From: a virus
Virus record (IMG/VR): IMGVR_UViG_3300032242_001644
Coordinates: 1 to 64,000 of that record
Strand: one strand, 5' to 3'
DNA length: 64,000 nucleotides
The notes beneath the pieces were generated by a model, which had not been told where the DNA came from, did no database searches, and worked only from the letters and a program-made list of their open reading frames with translations. A program made the position numbers and the translations under genes. This document shows, piece by piece, positions 47,028 to 56,473 of this stretch (its first letter is position 1; each line of letters begins with the position of its first letter).

Positions 47028-48437
47028 TTATGCATTAACATTGAACAATGCAGTGTCATACTGTACAGATGTAAACATTGGATAATCTGTTGAGTAAAAA
47101 TTAGATTGCATAAATCCAGGAACATAACTTCTGCACATGTTTGTCTGAGCAAGATCTGCGTTTTCATTCATCAATGCATCACTCAAAATACTTTGATGAT
47201 GTATTCCAGCACTGCTGTCAGCGTTGACGTTTTGCAACATCACAAAATCACTCTTGCCTATGGGAGTATAAAAAAATCCGTAACTTGTATCGTTATTTTC
47301 ATCCCATATAGTTTTGCCGTCACTTACTCGTACCAAGAACACTTTGGTTCCTGCGCCGTAATAATAGTAAGGACAATGCACTAATACATATCTGCCATCC
47401 GATGATACTTGATGTCTAATACCGTATCGTAAACCCTGTGCTACTCCCTGAGTGGTAGTAAGTGATCTATTGATTAATGCTCCAGTGTGTGTGCCGTCTG
47501 AATTCCACCGACTCATCCAAATACGATTGTTTGGAATCATCTGTATCCAAACAATTTTATCGTTATCACACATAACTGGAATACCTCGATAATTGTCTTC
47601 TCCACTATCATTGGCAGGTTTGCCAGTGGCTGCTGCATATGTTGTAACATAATTATTAGAGTTATTAAAAAATGTATACAATGGCCCACTAGTACCAGCA
47701 GCGTATGCGGTAGTCTGCTCCGTAACTCCCCTAAACAGTGACGGTGCATAATATCTCAAGCTAGGTACAGAACTATATACTGTAGGTCGAGCACCGTAAG
47801 AATCATTAACTTCTATAATACAAACTTTTTTAGTTTTTGCATTGTAACTGATGCGGCCTTGAATACTATTCATGTTATACCCGCTTTGTTTAGCAGTAAT
47901 TGTAGTATAATTCTGAGTGTTAACAACTCGCTGATGCACATACCAATTCATACTGCGTTGACCAATACGAAGGTATCCGCTGGTTGACATAAAGATTGCA
48001 TAGTCTTGATTTGTTTCGTTTACAATAACTCCGCTTTCTGCAAGGCCGGCAGCACGATTTTCATATCCTGATGATCCCATAATGTCTCCAGCACCATTTG
48101 ATCCCATGGTGAATCCAATTGACAATAAGCAGTTGCCAAGGTAACCGTTATATTGAGGCTGTCCGTAGGTTGCATTAGCTGCCGGAACATCAGCTGATGT
48201 TTGTGTGTATGCACTGCCAGCATATGTATCAGTAAATTCGTTCGCGCCAGTAGACGACATTGCGCCGCCACCGTTAACGTTGCTGTTATTCAACATAAAT
48301 CGGCCCATGCAGTGGAAGTTGTGATCATATACGGACCAACCACCTTGGCTACCATTGTTGCTCCAGCAGGCAAATGCAGGCTGCTTATATGCCTGGCCCG
48401 GAACATTTCCGCCTACAAAATTAGATAATAATGCCAT
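47028..48437 (-). CDS. Putative receptor-binding or virion protein (paralogue B)
   Basis: Tandem paralogue of 45602..47005. Confidence 0.6.
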   Translation of the reverse strand: MALLSNFVGGNVPGQAYKQPAFACWSNNGSQGGWSVYDHNFHCMGRFMLNNSNVNGGGAMSSTGANEFTDTYAGSAYTQTSADVPAANATYGQPQYNGYLGNCLLSIGFTMGSNGAGDIMGSSGYENRAAGLAESGVIVNETNQDYAIFMSTSGYLRIGQRSMNWYVHQRVVNTQNYTTITAKQSGYNMNSIQGRISYNAKTKKVCIIEVNDSYGARPTVYSSVPSLRYYAPSLFRGVTEQTTAYAAGTSGPLYTFFNNSNNYVTTYAAATGKPANDSGEDNYRGIPVMCDNDKIVWIQMIPNNRIWMSRWNSDGTHTGALINRSLTTTQGVAQGLRYGIRHQVSSDGRYVLVHCPYYYYGAGTKVFLVRVSDGKTIWDENNDTSYGFFYTPIGKSDFVMLQNVNADSSAGIHHQSILSDALMNENADLAQTNMCRSYVPGFMQSNFYSTDYPMFTSVQYDTALFNVNA

Positions 48438-48446
48438 TTATTTCCC

Positions 48447-50243
48447 TTATACTAGTTTCCAACCGTAAGTTGCACCCGAATAAACCAGTGCTACACTTAC
48501 ATTTTTTATGTTTAAAATTAAATCTTCTGCTAGTCCCATGATCAAACTAGAGTTCCTTGCAACGGTTAAATTGTTACGATCAAATGTTCCAGCTAGATCA
48601 GCAATATACACAATTGCATTTGTTGCAGGAGACGCTGGTAACGCTATTGTAAAAGGTGCCGTTGCAGTATTGGCAAAATATTTTGTACCTGCTGTTGCAG
48701 TTATTGCTGTTGCAATGGTAGTCCAAGCGCCGCCGCCGGAGGCATCAACATAGGCTTTTGTTGCCGCGTCTGAATCAGCAGAAGGAGTTGCAAGGCTTGT
48801 AATTTTAAAATTATTCATATTAACATTGCCACCAAAACTGCCTGTTCCACTTGCACTCAATGTGGTAAATGCGCCGGCAGACGGTGTTGCAATGCCTATG
48901 GGTAAATTTATAGAGCCTGTTGCTGAATTAATTGCAGTAAGTAGTGCATCAGTTGATATAGATCCAGACAGGCCAGCAAATGAAGTAACTCCGGTATTTG
49001 TTATTAACAAATTATCACCGTATGTAGCATGATTGTCTTCTACAACAACACTAACACCCGTACCTGATCTAAATTTAAAAGAACTAGTTGCAGTGTTTGC
49101 TGCGGTACTAGCACCAAAACTATCTGTAAAACCCGAATAAGCATTTACAGTAGAATTTGTTGAAATGGTTATTCTTCCGTTGGCTACTGAAGTAACAATT
49201 CCTGTTCCGCCTGCTATACGCAGATTAAACCCTGTAAGAGATAGTTCGTCATCAGTTGTAAGTGTTGGCGCTCTGCCAGTTACAGTTAGCTGATTGGTTG
49301 CCGGATTTGTGGTCAGTGTTATGCCAGTTCCGCCTACAAGATTTAATACAGATGAGTTTGAAACACTAGTATTCAACGCAGTTTGTCCTGTTACTGCAAC
49401 AGAATTAAACGCTTGATTGGCAAATGTAACTTGTTTGTTTATAGCATCAGTTGTTATTAGGATACCGTTGTTGCCTATTAGTCGAATCGTATCTCCGGGT
49501 AATGTTGCTTTAACAGTGAGCTGACCAGGTGCTTCAATTGATTTAAAATTTTGTGTTGATTGAATAATACTGATAGTATTTGCCGGCTCCGATGGCATTG
49601 TGGTAAACACTAGCTGTTGAAGAGTTGCTGCACTAACCGAGGCAGCAGTTACCCAACCAATTACTAAAATACCAGTTGATGAATTCCAAGAAGTGACTGT
49701 GGATATCGACGGCAAGTTGCTATTTGAAACTAGTTGGCCTATTAAGATAGTTCCAGTTAATTTGTCTAATGGCACAGTTATAGTCAATGCAGTAACATTG
49801 GTCACCGCGGACCACGATGTACTATTAGCAGTTGCTGGCGCATTTAATGGCACCAGTGCTATGGTTGATCTGGCATAATTACCAAAGAAGCTGACAATAC
49901 TGCCTTGCACTTCTAAACTTGCTGGTTCAACAATTAACTGGGCGTAAGAGTTTGTGGCATCTGATCTAATGTTTATCAGCGGTCGGGTTAAATTAGTTCT
50001 ACCATAGATTGTTATGGCTGTTTGTCCCGGCATTGCTACCAATGTAGCATGAATAGTTTCTCTTTCGTTTTTTCCAAACTCTACATTAATGATATATTCG
50101 ACAGATACAAAATCACCCACGGGCCAACGATCAATTGCTGTACTAGTATAAATTGCCACACCGGTACTGTGATATGCTAGATTCGTACCTCTATTCAGTA
50201 CTAATGTTGAATTTGTACCTTTTGTAAAAAATGATGTTGACAT
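48447..50243 (-). CDS. Tail fibre-like protein with gp9/gp10-like C-terminal domain
   Basis: GGTGI shaft repeats, DAATKAYVD, TIALPASP...D..GTF..NNLTV..N...GW; TAAATA at 50260-65. Confidence 0.7.
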   Translation of the reverse strand: MSTSFFTKGTNSTLVLNRGTNLAYHSTGVAIYTSTAIDRWPVGDFVSVEYIINVEFGKNERETIHATLVAMPGQTAITIYGRTNLTRPLINIRSDATNSYAQLIVEPASLEVQGSIVSFFGNYARSTIALVPLNAPATANSTSWSAVTNVTALTITVPLDKLTGTILIGQLVSNSNLPSISTVTSWNSSTGILVIGWVTAASVSAATLQQLVFTTMPSEPANTISIIQSTQNFKSIEAPGQLTVKATLPGDTIRLIGNNGILITTDAINKQVTFANQAFNSVAVTGQTALNTSVSNSSVLNLVGGTGITLTTNPATNQLTVTGRAPTLTTDDELSLTGFNLRIAGGTGIVTSVANGRITISTNSTVNAYSGFTDSFGASTAANTATSSFKFRSGTGVSVVVEDNHATYGDNLLITNTGVTSFAGLSGSISTDALLTAINSATGSINLPIGIATPSAGAFTTLSASGTGSFGGNVNMNNFKITSLATPSADSDAATKAYVDASGGGAWTTIATAITATAGTKYFANTATAPFTIALPASPATNAIVYIADLAGTFDRNNLTVARNSSLIMGLAEDLILNIKNVSVALVYSGATYGWKLV

Positions 50244-50332
50244 TTATGATCCTTTTTAGTATTTAGTTGAAAACTACCAGATCTATACTGCCTAACGATT
50301 TACACTGATAATTAAAATAAGAAGAGGTTTAT

Positions 50333-50860
50333 ATGAATAGATACACGTATGCTTTAAAATCCACAGGTCAGAATACCGGTACAATTATTGGTCTTTTTCC
50401 ATGGGGCACCATTGTTGATCCAGCAACTACAGATCACAAGAAAAGCCAAATAAGTTTTCACGAACACGGTGTTGACTTTTTACGACAGCTAGCCGGAAAG
50501 AATATTTCGGTTGTGTTATTTCTAAATCAATTTAAACCCTACATGTTACCCATGGACGATTTAAAGAATTTTGCAGATTCTGTAGAGCAGTTTGTTCGAG
50601 ATCAAGGCGTGGCTGTACTTGGCATGTATTGGTGCCCTGGCATTGAAAAGAAAGACCCGTTTGTTGTACCAAATCCCGGAATGTTTGTTCGTGTTACTGA
50701 AAATCTTGGAATTGATTGGAATAAGATCCCAGTGTTATCTGGCAGTGAAGTTGACTTATCTGCTGCTACTAAAGTTAAGGCAACACCTATTATGATAGGC
50801 TCTAAACACAACAAATATACTAGTTATTCCAATCTTGCTGATTGGATTTCTAGCATATAA
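50333..50860 (+). CDS. GmhB/HisB-like HAD-fold protein lacking catalytic Asp residues
   Basis: LFPWGTI (cf. DRDGTI), FLNQ, YWCP, PNPGMF; SD GAGG. Confidence 0.6.
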   Translation: MNRYTYALKSTGQNTGTIIGLFPWGTIVDPATTDHKKSQISFHEHGVDFLRQLAGKNISVVLFLNQFKPYMLPMDDLKNFADSVEQFVRDQGVAVLGMYWCPGIEKKDPFVVPNPGMFVRVTENLGIDWNKIPVLSGSEVDLSAATKVKATPIMIGSKHNKYTSYSNLADWISSI

Positions 50861-51600
50861 TTATATAATATATTAGCCCATTTTTCGTGCTGTTCAGCCG
50901 TGGGGTGTCTTGGAACAATATTAAATATATTGTCTCTAGGAAAATGACATGATGCCGGCCAAAATGCTGACGATCTGTCAAATGGTCGATAATATTCTTT
51001 TCCAATTAGTCCGCTAATATCCTGAGAGTGCGGTGGTAAAATATCAAAATTTAATTCATCAATTCCGTTAAACTGCAATATTTTAATTCCTAAGGAATTT
51101 GCTACACTAGTCAATGCTACACTATAGTTAACTAATAATTCTAGTTGATAAAAATCGTGTGTCCAATGTCTAAAAAAGTAATCAGCAAGATGCGGGAATT
51201 TATTTTGAATGTTTTTGTCTGATACCTCCATCGGAGTAAAACTATGGTAAGGTCCCGGTTCTTGCCCTGGGTGGTATTTTTGGCGATAAAGAGATCGTAT
51301 ATTAATTTCATATGGGTTAACGATCTCGAGTCTAGCTGGCCCCGACCACTGTATTACAACCATACCGTCAGTTCCGTAGTTAGCAGCATGTGAAGCCATT
51401 TCTTCCATTGCTATTCGAAATATACTTCCATTACTTCTACCCGGCCACCCTCGATTGGTTAATTGACTGACATTGAGTAGTTTACCTAGATGGGCAGGCC
51501 ATGCTAGAGTTTTATCTTCGAGGAGGCTTTCCCCAAATTGTGTAATTTCACTACCCCAAGTTAAACTACATCCGACTGCTAGTAACCAATCGGTTTTCAT
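50824..51600 (-). CDS. SGNH/GDSL-like hydrolase or acyltransferase
   Basis: GCSLTWG, G.SN, QWS...R, HPT..QH. Confidence 0.7.
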   Translation of the reverse strand: MKTDWLLAVGCSLTWGSEITQFGESLLEDKTLAWPAHLGKLLNVSQLTNRGWPGRSNGSIFRIAMEEMASHAANYGTDGMVVIQWSGPARLEIVNPYEINIRSLYRQKYHPGQEPGPYHSFTPMEVSDKNIQNKFPHLADYFFRHWTHDFYQLELLVNYSVALTSVANSLGIKILQFNGIDELNFDILPPHSQDISGLIGKEYYRPFDRSSAFWPASCHFPRDNIFNIVPRHPTAEQHEKWANILYNYMLEIQSARLE

Positions 51601-52346
51601 ACAGCAGTTAACGATCTGTTGTTTAGGTACATTTCAATTCCTTCCATTGTTGCAGGATCATCAAACAAACAATGAGGTCTCCACGGATTTGATACTGTAT
51701 TTTCTTCAGTAGATAAATCAAATGCAATGCTTATTCGTAATTCGTTACCTTTGTATACTGAACTTTCGTGAGGCACATAGCTAGGAAACATAATAAGATT
51801 TCCCTTAGTTGTAGGAAATACATCAGTTTGATCTATCCGGATAGGATTAATAAGTTTTAAACTTGTAGGTGCAGACGTTGGGTAATAAGTTCCACTTATA
51901 TATGTATGTGCATCAGCCATGTGGTGATGGAGACTGATCCATTGTCCGTCTCTTAACACATTTGCCCATCCATGTATATATGTTTTAATACGGGGGTATT
52001 TTAGTTCTTTAAGAAATAAAAGATAATGTTTCCTGACTATATGAAATAATTTAGTTAACTCAGGTGTCATTTCGAATCTTTCCAAATGCTCACCCCCTTG
52101 CACCGATTTGTCCCAAAAAATACTGTGTTGTTTCCAGTGTTGTGTCCACGGATACGGATCATTACTTCCCTTAGGGACTTCACTTACTAGTTCTTCTTTT
52201 GAAATATGTTCTTCAAATTTTAAAATTTGTGTTACTAGTTTATTGTAAAAATCGTCAGATCCTTCCGACCCTTTATATAACGGTATTTTTAAATTTGGTG
52301 CAAACTTAGTTAACGGAGTTTCGGAATTAAACCAAATTAGTCCCAT
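51597..52346 (-). CDS. 2OG-Fe(II) oxygenase-like protein
   Basis: WAN, HHH, ISGTYY, FPSYVPH, RISIAFD. Confidence 0.8.
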   Translation of the reverse strand: MGLIWFNSETPLTKFAPNLKIPLYKGSEGSDDFYNKLVTQILKFEEHISKEELVSEVPKGSNDPYPWTQHWKQHSIFWDKSVQGGEHLERFEMTPELTKLFHIVRKHYLLFLKELKYPRIKTYIHGWANVLRDGQWISLHHHMADAHTYISGTYYPTSAPTSLKLINPIRIDQTDVFPTTKGNLIMFPSYVPHESSVYKGNELRISIAFDLSTEENTVSNPWRPHCLFDDPATMEGIEMYLNNRSLTAV

Positions 52347-52357
52347 AATAATTTTCC

Positions 52358-54127
52358 TTATTCTTTTTCTGCGTTTAAATTGTGGGGAACAGTTATTAAT
52401 TTTCCAATTTCTGGAAGATACAAATATGTTAAATCACTTTGTCTTAGGGTATGTAATGCATCATCAATAGTTTCAACTAGGGGATCACCGCCTAGATTAA
52501 AACTAGTATTGAATAGAATAGGAACACCGGTAAGTTTATTAAACTCTTGAATTAGTGCGTAATAATTTTTGTTTTCTTCTTCAGTAACTGTCTGTATACG
52601 GCATGTTCCATCCACATGAATAATACTAGGAATTTTGTCTTCTACACCCGGCTGGCAATCAACAGCATACATCATAAATGGACTTGCATCCATACCTCGT
52701 AGATCAAACCAATCATGTACAGCTTCTTTTAAAATTGTACCGGCAAAGGGTCGAAACCATTCACGGTGCTTAACTTCGTTAACAATATCTTTACCGTCCT
52801 TTACTCGTGGATCAAATAGAATACTTCGATTACCTAATGCACGTGGACCAGCTTCGCTACCACCTTGATACATACAAACAATAGTTTCTTCACTGATTAA
52901 TTTTGCAATATCGGCAATAGATGCATCGATAATAGATTCTCCATCTACTAAGTTAATATCATATTTTCCATTCTTTTCAAAATAGTTAGGTCCATGATAT
53001 ATTGTTTTTTGTGGATGACGAGTTAGATCGTTTGACAGTTCATAGTAGACAACTTTTGCAGCGCCAATACATGTACCACCGTCGTGTGCAATTGGTTCTA
53101 CATATAGATTAACACCGTCAGGTAAATGTTTTAAATATTCATAGTTGCCAACACAGTTTAATCCAAACCCTCCAGCGATAACAATATTTTTCTCCCCTGT
53201 GCGTTCTATTGCGTCTAATATTAAACGTACAATTTGTTGTTCGCATGCCTTTTGTACTGCATAGGCAAGATCCATTTTTGTTTCAATTGAATCGTTGTCT
53301 AGTGCAGGAAATGCCACACGATCGATATGAGCACCGTTAGGATAGTTAGGTACAAATAAATTACGATTACTTAAATGTCTGCCTTCTTCTCCCATAAAAA
53401 TTGTAGGGATCTTACTATTTTCTTTACCGTATGGCGCTAATCCCATTGCTTTTCCAGCTTCAATAAATGCAAAACCACAATAATCAGTCATTGCTTCGTA
53501 GCATTTTGTAATACCTGGATGATCTGTAAAAATTACATCATGTATATCTTCGGGTTTTCCTCGATTTTCATGGGGCACTTGATATTTTGCATAAGCCGGT
53601 TGAGGTCCACGAACACCAATGTGTTTATAGTGAGTTCTAAAATTAGCAGGATAAGATGCTGAAAAAATAGTCTCTAATTCATATCCAATTACGCCGCTGT
53701 CACCTAAAGGAATAAATGTTCCGGCACCGTCTACAATTAAACATGCTGCTGTTTCAAAACCACTATTATAGAATGCGCAGGCTGCATGCATTTCGTGGTG
53801 TATATGACCAAGATCAATTACTTGGGGGTGTGTTTCGGTGTCAACTTTTTGTTCAATTAGGCCTAATTTTCTTGCAAGACCTGTGTATATATCGTCACCG
53901 GCCCAATCAAGTTTAGGTCCTTTGGATAGTGGGCTGGTATGCGCAACCACTAGATAATCTAACTTATCAGTATATTCTTTAATTTTCATCATGCCGGCTA
54001 ATGGACTGCCGTCATATTTTTTTCGGCTAAGTCGTTCTTCTTCAATGTAAAAAACTAACTCACCGTCTTTAAGTAAACAAGTAGCACCGTTATGTCCTCT
54101 TGTGATTCCTGCAATCCATTGTGCCAT
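52358..54127 (-). CDS. Full-length carbamoyltransferase (NodU/CmcH/TobZ family)
   Basis: EEERLSRKKYD, HHEMHA, DGAG, GGFGLN, GPRALGNRSIL, KHREWFRPFA, HVDGTCRIQT, NTSFN. Confidence 0.93.
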   Translation of the reverse strand: MAQWIAGITRGHNGATCLLKDGELVFYIEEERLSRKKYDGSPLAGMMKIKEYTDKLDYLVVAHTSPLSKGPKLDWAGDDIYTGLARKLGLIEQKVDTETHPQVIDLGHIHHEMHAACAFYNSGFETAACLIVDGAGTFIPLGDSGVIGYELETIFSASYPANFRTHYKHIGVRGPQPAYAKYQVPHENRGKPEDIHDVIFTDHPGITKCYEAMTDYCGFAFIEAGKAMGLAPYGKENSKIPTIFMGEEGRHLSNRNLFVPNYPNGAHIDRVAFPALDNDSIETKMDLAYAVQKACEQQIVRLILDAIERTGEKNIVIAGGFGLNCVGNYEYLKHLPDGVNLYVEPIAHDGGTCIGAAKVVYYELSNDLTRHPQKTIYHGPNYFEKNGKYDINLVDGESIIDASIADIAKLISEETIVCMYQGGSEAGPRALGNRSILFDPRVKDGKDIVNEVKHREWFRPFAGTILKEAVHDWFDLRGMDASPFMMYAVDCQPGVEDKIPSIIHVDGTCRIQTVTEEENKNYYALIQEFNKLTGVPILFNTSFNLGGDPLVETIDDALHTLRQSDLTYLYLPEIGKLITVPHNLNAEKE

Positions 54128-54136
54128 TTTTAATCC

Positions 54137-55063
54137 TTATTTGGTTGTTTTGTTAATATGTGCTTCTATACTTGCGTATAGTTTTTCAAAATCGTCATCT
54201 GATAAACTCAATGCTTGATCATTAATTCTATCTGCTAAATGTCCGTTAAAATCAGTTATACGAATCGGCGAATATCTTTTCTTAAATTCTGGTTTTTCCC
54301 ATATATTAAAATGATCAGGATATGATACATTTATTGCATAAGTACTACCCAATACCACTGTTCCCGGTATATTAAATAAGTAGGCAAAATGTTGTCCCAC
54401 GCTGTCGCATCCTATAAAGTAATCAGACAATTCAATTACAGCTGACCATTTTCTTAAATCTAAATTTTTAGGGTGTACACTAAATGTATCCCCGGGTGTT
54501 GGGAACTCACTCATACACAATACATTATAGGACTTTCTTAATCTTTCTGCAAGTTTTAAATAATCTTTTTGCTCTAAACTTCTAGATCCAGTATCTGCTA
54601 CGATGTTTATATCTCGAGTCACACTGGCACCCCGGCCGTAGGGCTGTATTACTATCGTTTTTTCTTTCCCGTGATTTTTCTTAGCAGCTTGAATTGTCGC
54701 AATCCCGTGCAATTCTTCATCTTTATTCAAATAAATTTTTGATTTTGGCAGACTGCGTATTTCAGAGTGTCCGTTGATTTGTTTATCAAATGCTTGACCA
54801 ATACTACAACGTTGATTATAATAGTCGTTATCTCTGTAAGGTTCTGTTGTTACTATCCTGCCATTTTTAATAATAGACTCAAACAGGCCTTTATGATTTA
54901 CATCGAATGCTTTGTCTTGAAGAACAGGGTGCCCAAAGAATACATCTAAACCCGACTCACAAACTATATAAAATTCATCGTGTGTTTGTGCATATAACTC
55001 TAAAGCAGGCAATGCTGACACTACTCGTCCGGTACCGCCGTTTAGAAAGAAAACATCATACAT
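54137..55063 (-). CDS. GT9 (heptosyltransferase)-like glycosyltransferase
   Basis: NGGTGR (cf. GGxGD) and FIGCDSVGQHFA...VVLGST. Confidence 0.7.
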   Translation of the reverse strand: MYDVFFLNGGTGRVVSALPALELYAQTHDEFYIVCESGLDVFFGHPVLQDKAFDVNHKGLFESIIKNGRIVTTEPYRDNDYYNQRCSIGQAFDKQINGHSEIRSLPKSKIYLNKDEELHGIATIQAAKKNHGKEKTIVIQPYGRGASVTRDINIVADTGSRSLEQKDYLKLAERLRKSYNVLCMSEFPTPGDTFSVHPKNLDLRKWSAVIELSDYFIGCDSVGQHFAYLFNIPGTVVLGSTYAINVSYPDHFNIWEKPEFKKRYSPIRITDFNGHLADRINDQALSLSDDDFEKLYASIEAHINKTTK

Positions 55064-55110
55064 AAAAAAAATACCCCTATATTCTTATGAATATTTATGG
55101 GGTATTTTTT
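55064..55110 (-). terminator. Terminator hairpin containing a late promoter
   Basis: AAAAAATACCCC...GGGGTATTTTTT with TAAATA at 55092-97 inside; the U-tract abuts ATG 55063. Confidence 0.65.
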
Positions 55111-55134
55111 GTCAACTAGCTAAATGTGGCTATA

Positions 55135-55407
55135 TTATATTGTTAATGACGACAATGTTAATTGTTGATCAAAGTTAGGTCTATCTGGCCACTCAATTTG
55201 ATTTAAATCTTCTAGGTCTTTATATGTTTCCGGAATATCTCTTAGTTTTTGTTTATACTCTTTCCAAGCATCAATTATTGCTTTGGGAGAATCAAAATTA
55301 TATTGGGTCTCAGATTCTAAAAGCATACCGTCACGTTGTGCTCTTACATCATCCCATGTTTTTTCAGGAACAATTGCTAGATTTTCTTGTAAATTATTAT
55401 CAGTCAT
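55135..55407 (-). CDS. Tail fibre assembly chaperone-like protein
   Basis: WDDVRAQRD.ML..S...W..Y.Q.LRDIP...WP..P. Confidence 0.75.
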   Translation of the reverse strand: MTDNNLQENLAIVPEKTWDDVRAQRDGMLLESETQYNFDSPKAIIDAWKEYKQKLRDIPETYKDLEDLNQIEWPDRPNFDQQLTLSSLTI

Positions 55408-55408
55408 T

Positions 55409-56473
55409 TTAATACCATATCCTTACATATCCGGATGCACCGTTTCCGCCTGCAGAATGATTCCAGCAACAGGTTGTTGTTGCCCCGCTGGTTCCGCCGC
55501 CACCGGGGAATTGTCCCGGCAGTCCCGGCATAATTCGAGCACAATTTGAGTAATCGGTTGAACTACATGTATAGTTAGTAGTGCCAGGAATATTATATGC
55601 AGACGTAGTACCACTGGCTGCTGCTGCGCCAGGATCGCCGCCGCGGCCGGCAACACCAGCAGTGTTTGTACACGAACTATTGAATTTTATATAGCCCCAG
55701 CATTGACAATTGAAGTAAGAATACTGAGCATCGCCACCAAACGCTGCACTGGCTGCGTATGAAATTTGTGTACTGCTGTTACCGTTACATCCCGGAGTAC
55801 CGCTGTTACTTCCACCTACTTGCAAATCAGCACTATAGCCAGTACATCCGGTCCAAGCGCCATTATCGGCGCAAGGGCCGCCAAAGCCACCAACACCCCA
55901 TTTTGTACCGCAATTGCTATAATACATACAACCACAGGTCATGTAACACTGACTAATACCGCCAGCGCCACCTTGAGCATCTGCGCAAAAAGATCCGTTT
56001 CGTTGAACAAAACTACACCCGCCTCTAGCTCCACAACAGCAAAAACTGTCCTGTCCTTCGCAAAATGGGGCTCCACATCCGCCAGCTCCTGCACATAACG
56101 TCAACACATCGCCTGCAACAACAGGAAAATTTCGTTTTACATAAGTTCCAGCACCTCCGCCAGGATTTATACCGCAACAGTTTGCACTTGCGCCACTACC
56201 ACCACCGCCGCCGCCACCCCATAGCTCAACAGTGACACTGGTTACACCAGTAGGTACAGTAAAGGCACAGCAACAACCAACTGGCAAATATGTGCCTTGG
56301 ACGCAGGGACATGCAGATGCGGTCATTCCACCATTTTCACCTGCTGTGAGATCTGGACTGCAACCAAATACATCAAGGGTTCGTGTATAACCAGCACCAG
56401 TTACAGTACATCCCACATTCCATGGGATTACACAACATGGTGACGATTTTAAAATGCATACTTGATACGCCAT
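55409..56473 (-). CDS. Cys/Gly-rich adhesin-like protein 1
   Basis: FTVPTGV...ELWGGGGGGG...FPGGGG...G.VRIWY; about 34 Cys in 354 aa (hand count). Confidence 0.75.
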   Translation of the reverse strand: MAYQVCILKSSPCCVIPWNVGCTVTGAGYTRTLDVFGCSPDLTAGENGGMTASACPCVQGTYLPVGCCCAFTVPTGVTSVTVELWGGGGGGGSGASANCCGINPGGGAGTYVKRNFPVVAGDVLTLCAGAGGCGAPFCEGQDSFCCCGARGGCSFVQRNGSFCADAQGGAGGISQCYMTCGCMYYSNCGTKWGVGGFGGPCADNGAWTGCTGYSADLQVGGSNSGTPGCNGNSSTQISYAASAAFGGDAQYSYFNCQCWGYIKFNSSCTNTAGVAGRGGDPGAAAASGTTSAYNIPGTTNYTCSSTDYSNCARIMPGLPGQFPGGGGTSGATTTCCWNHSAGGNGASGYVRIWY

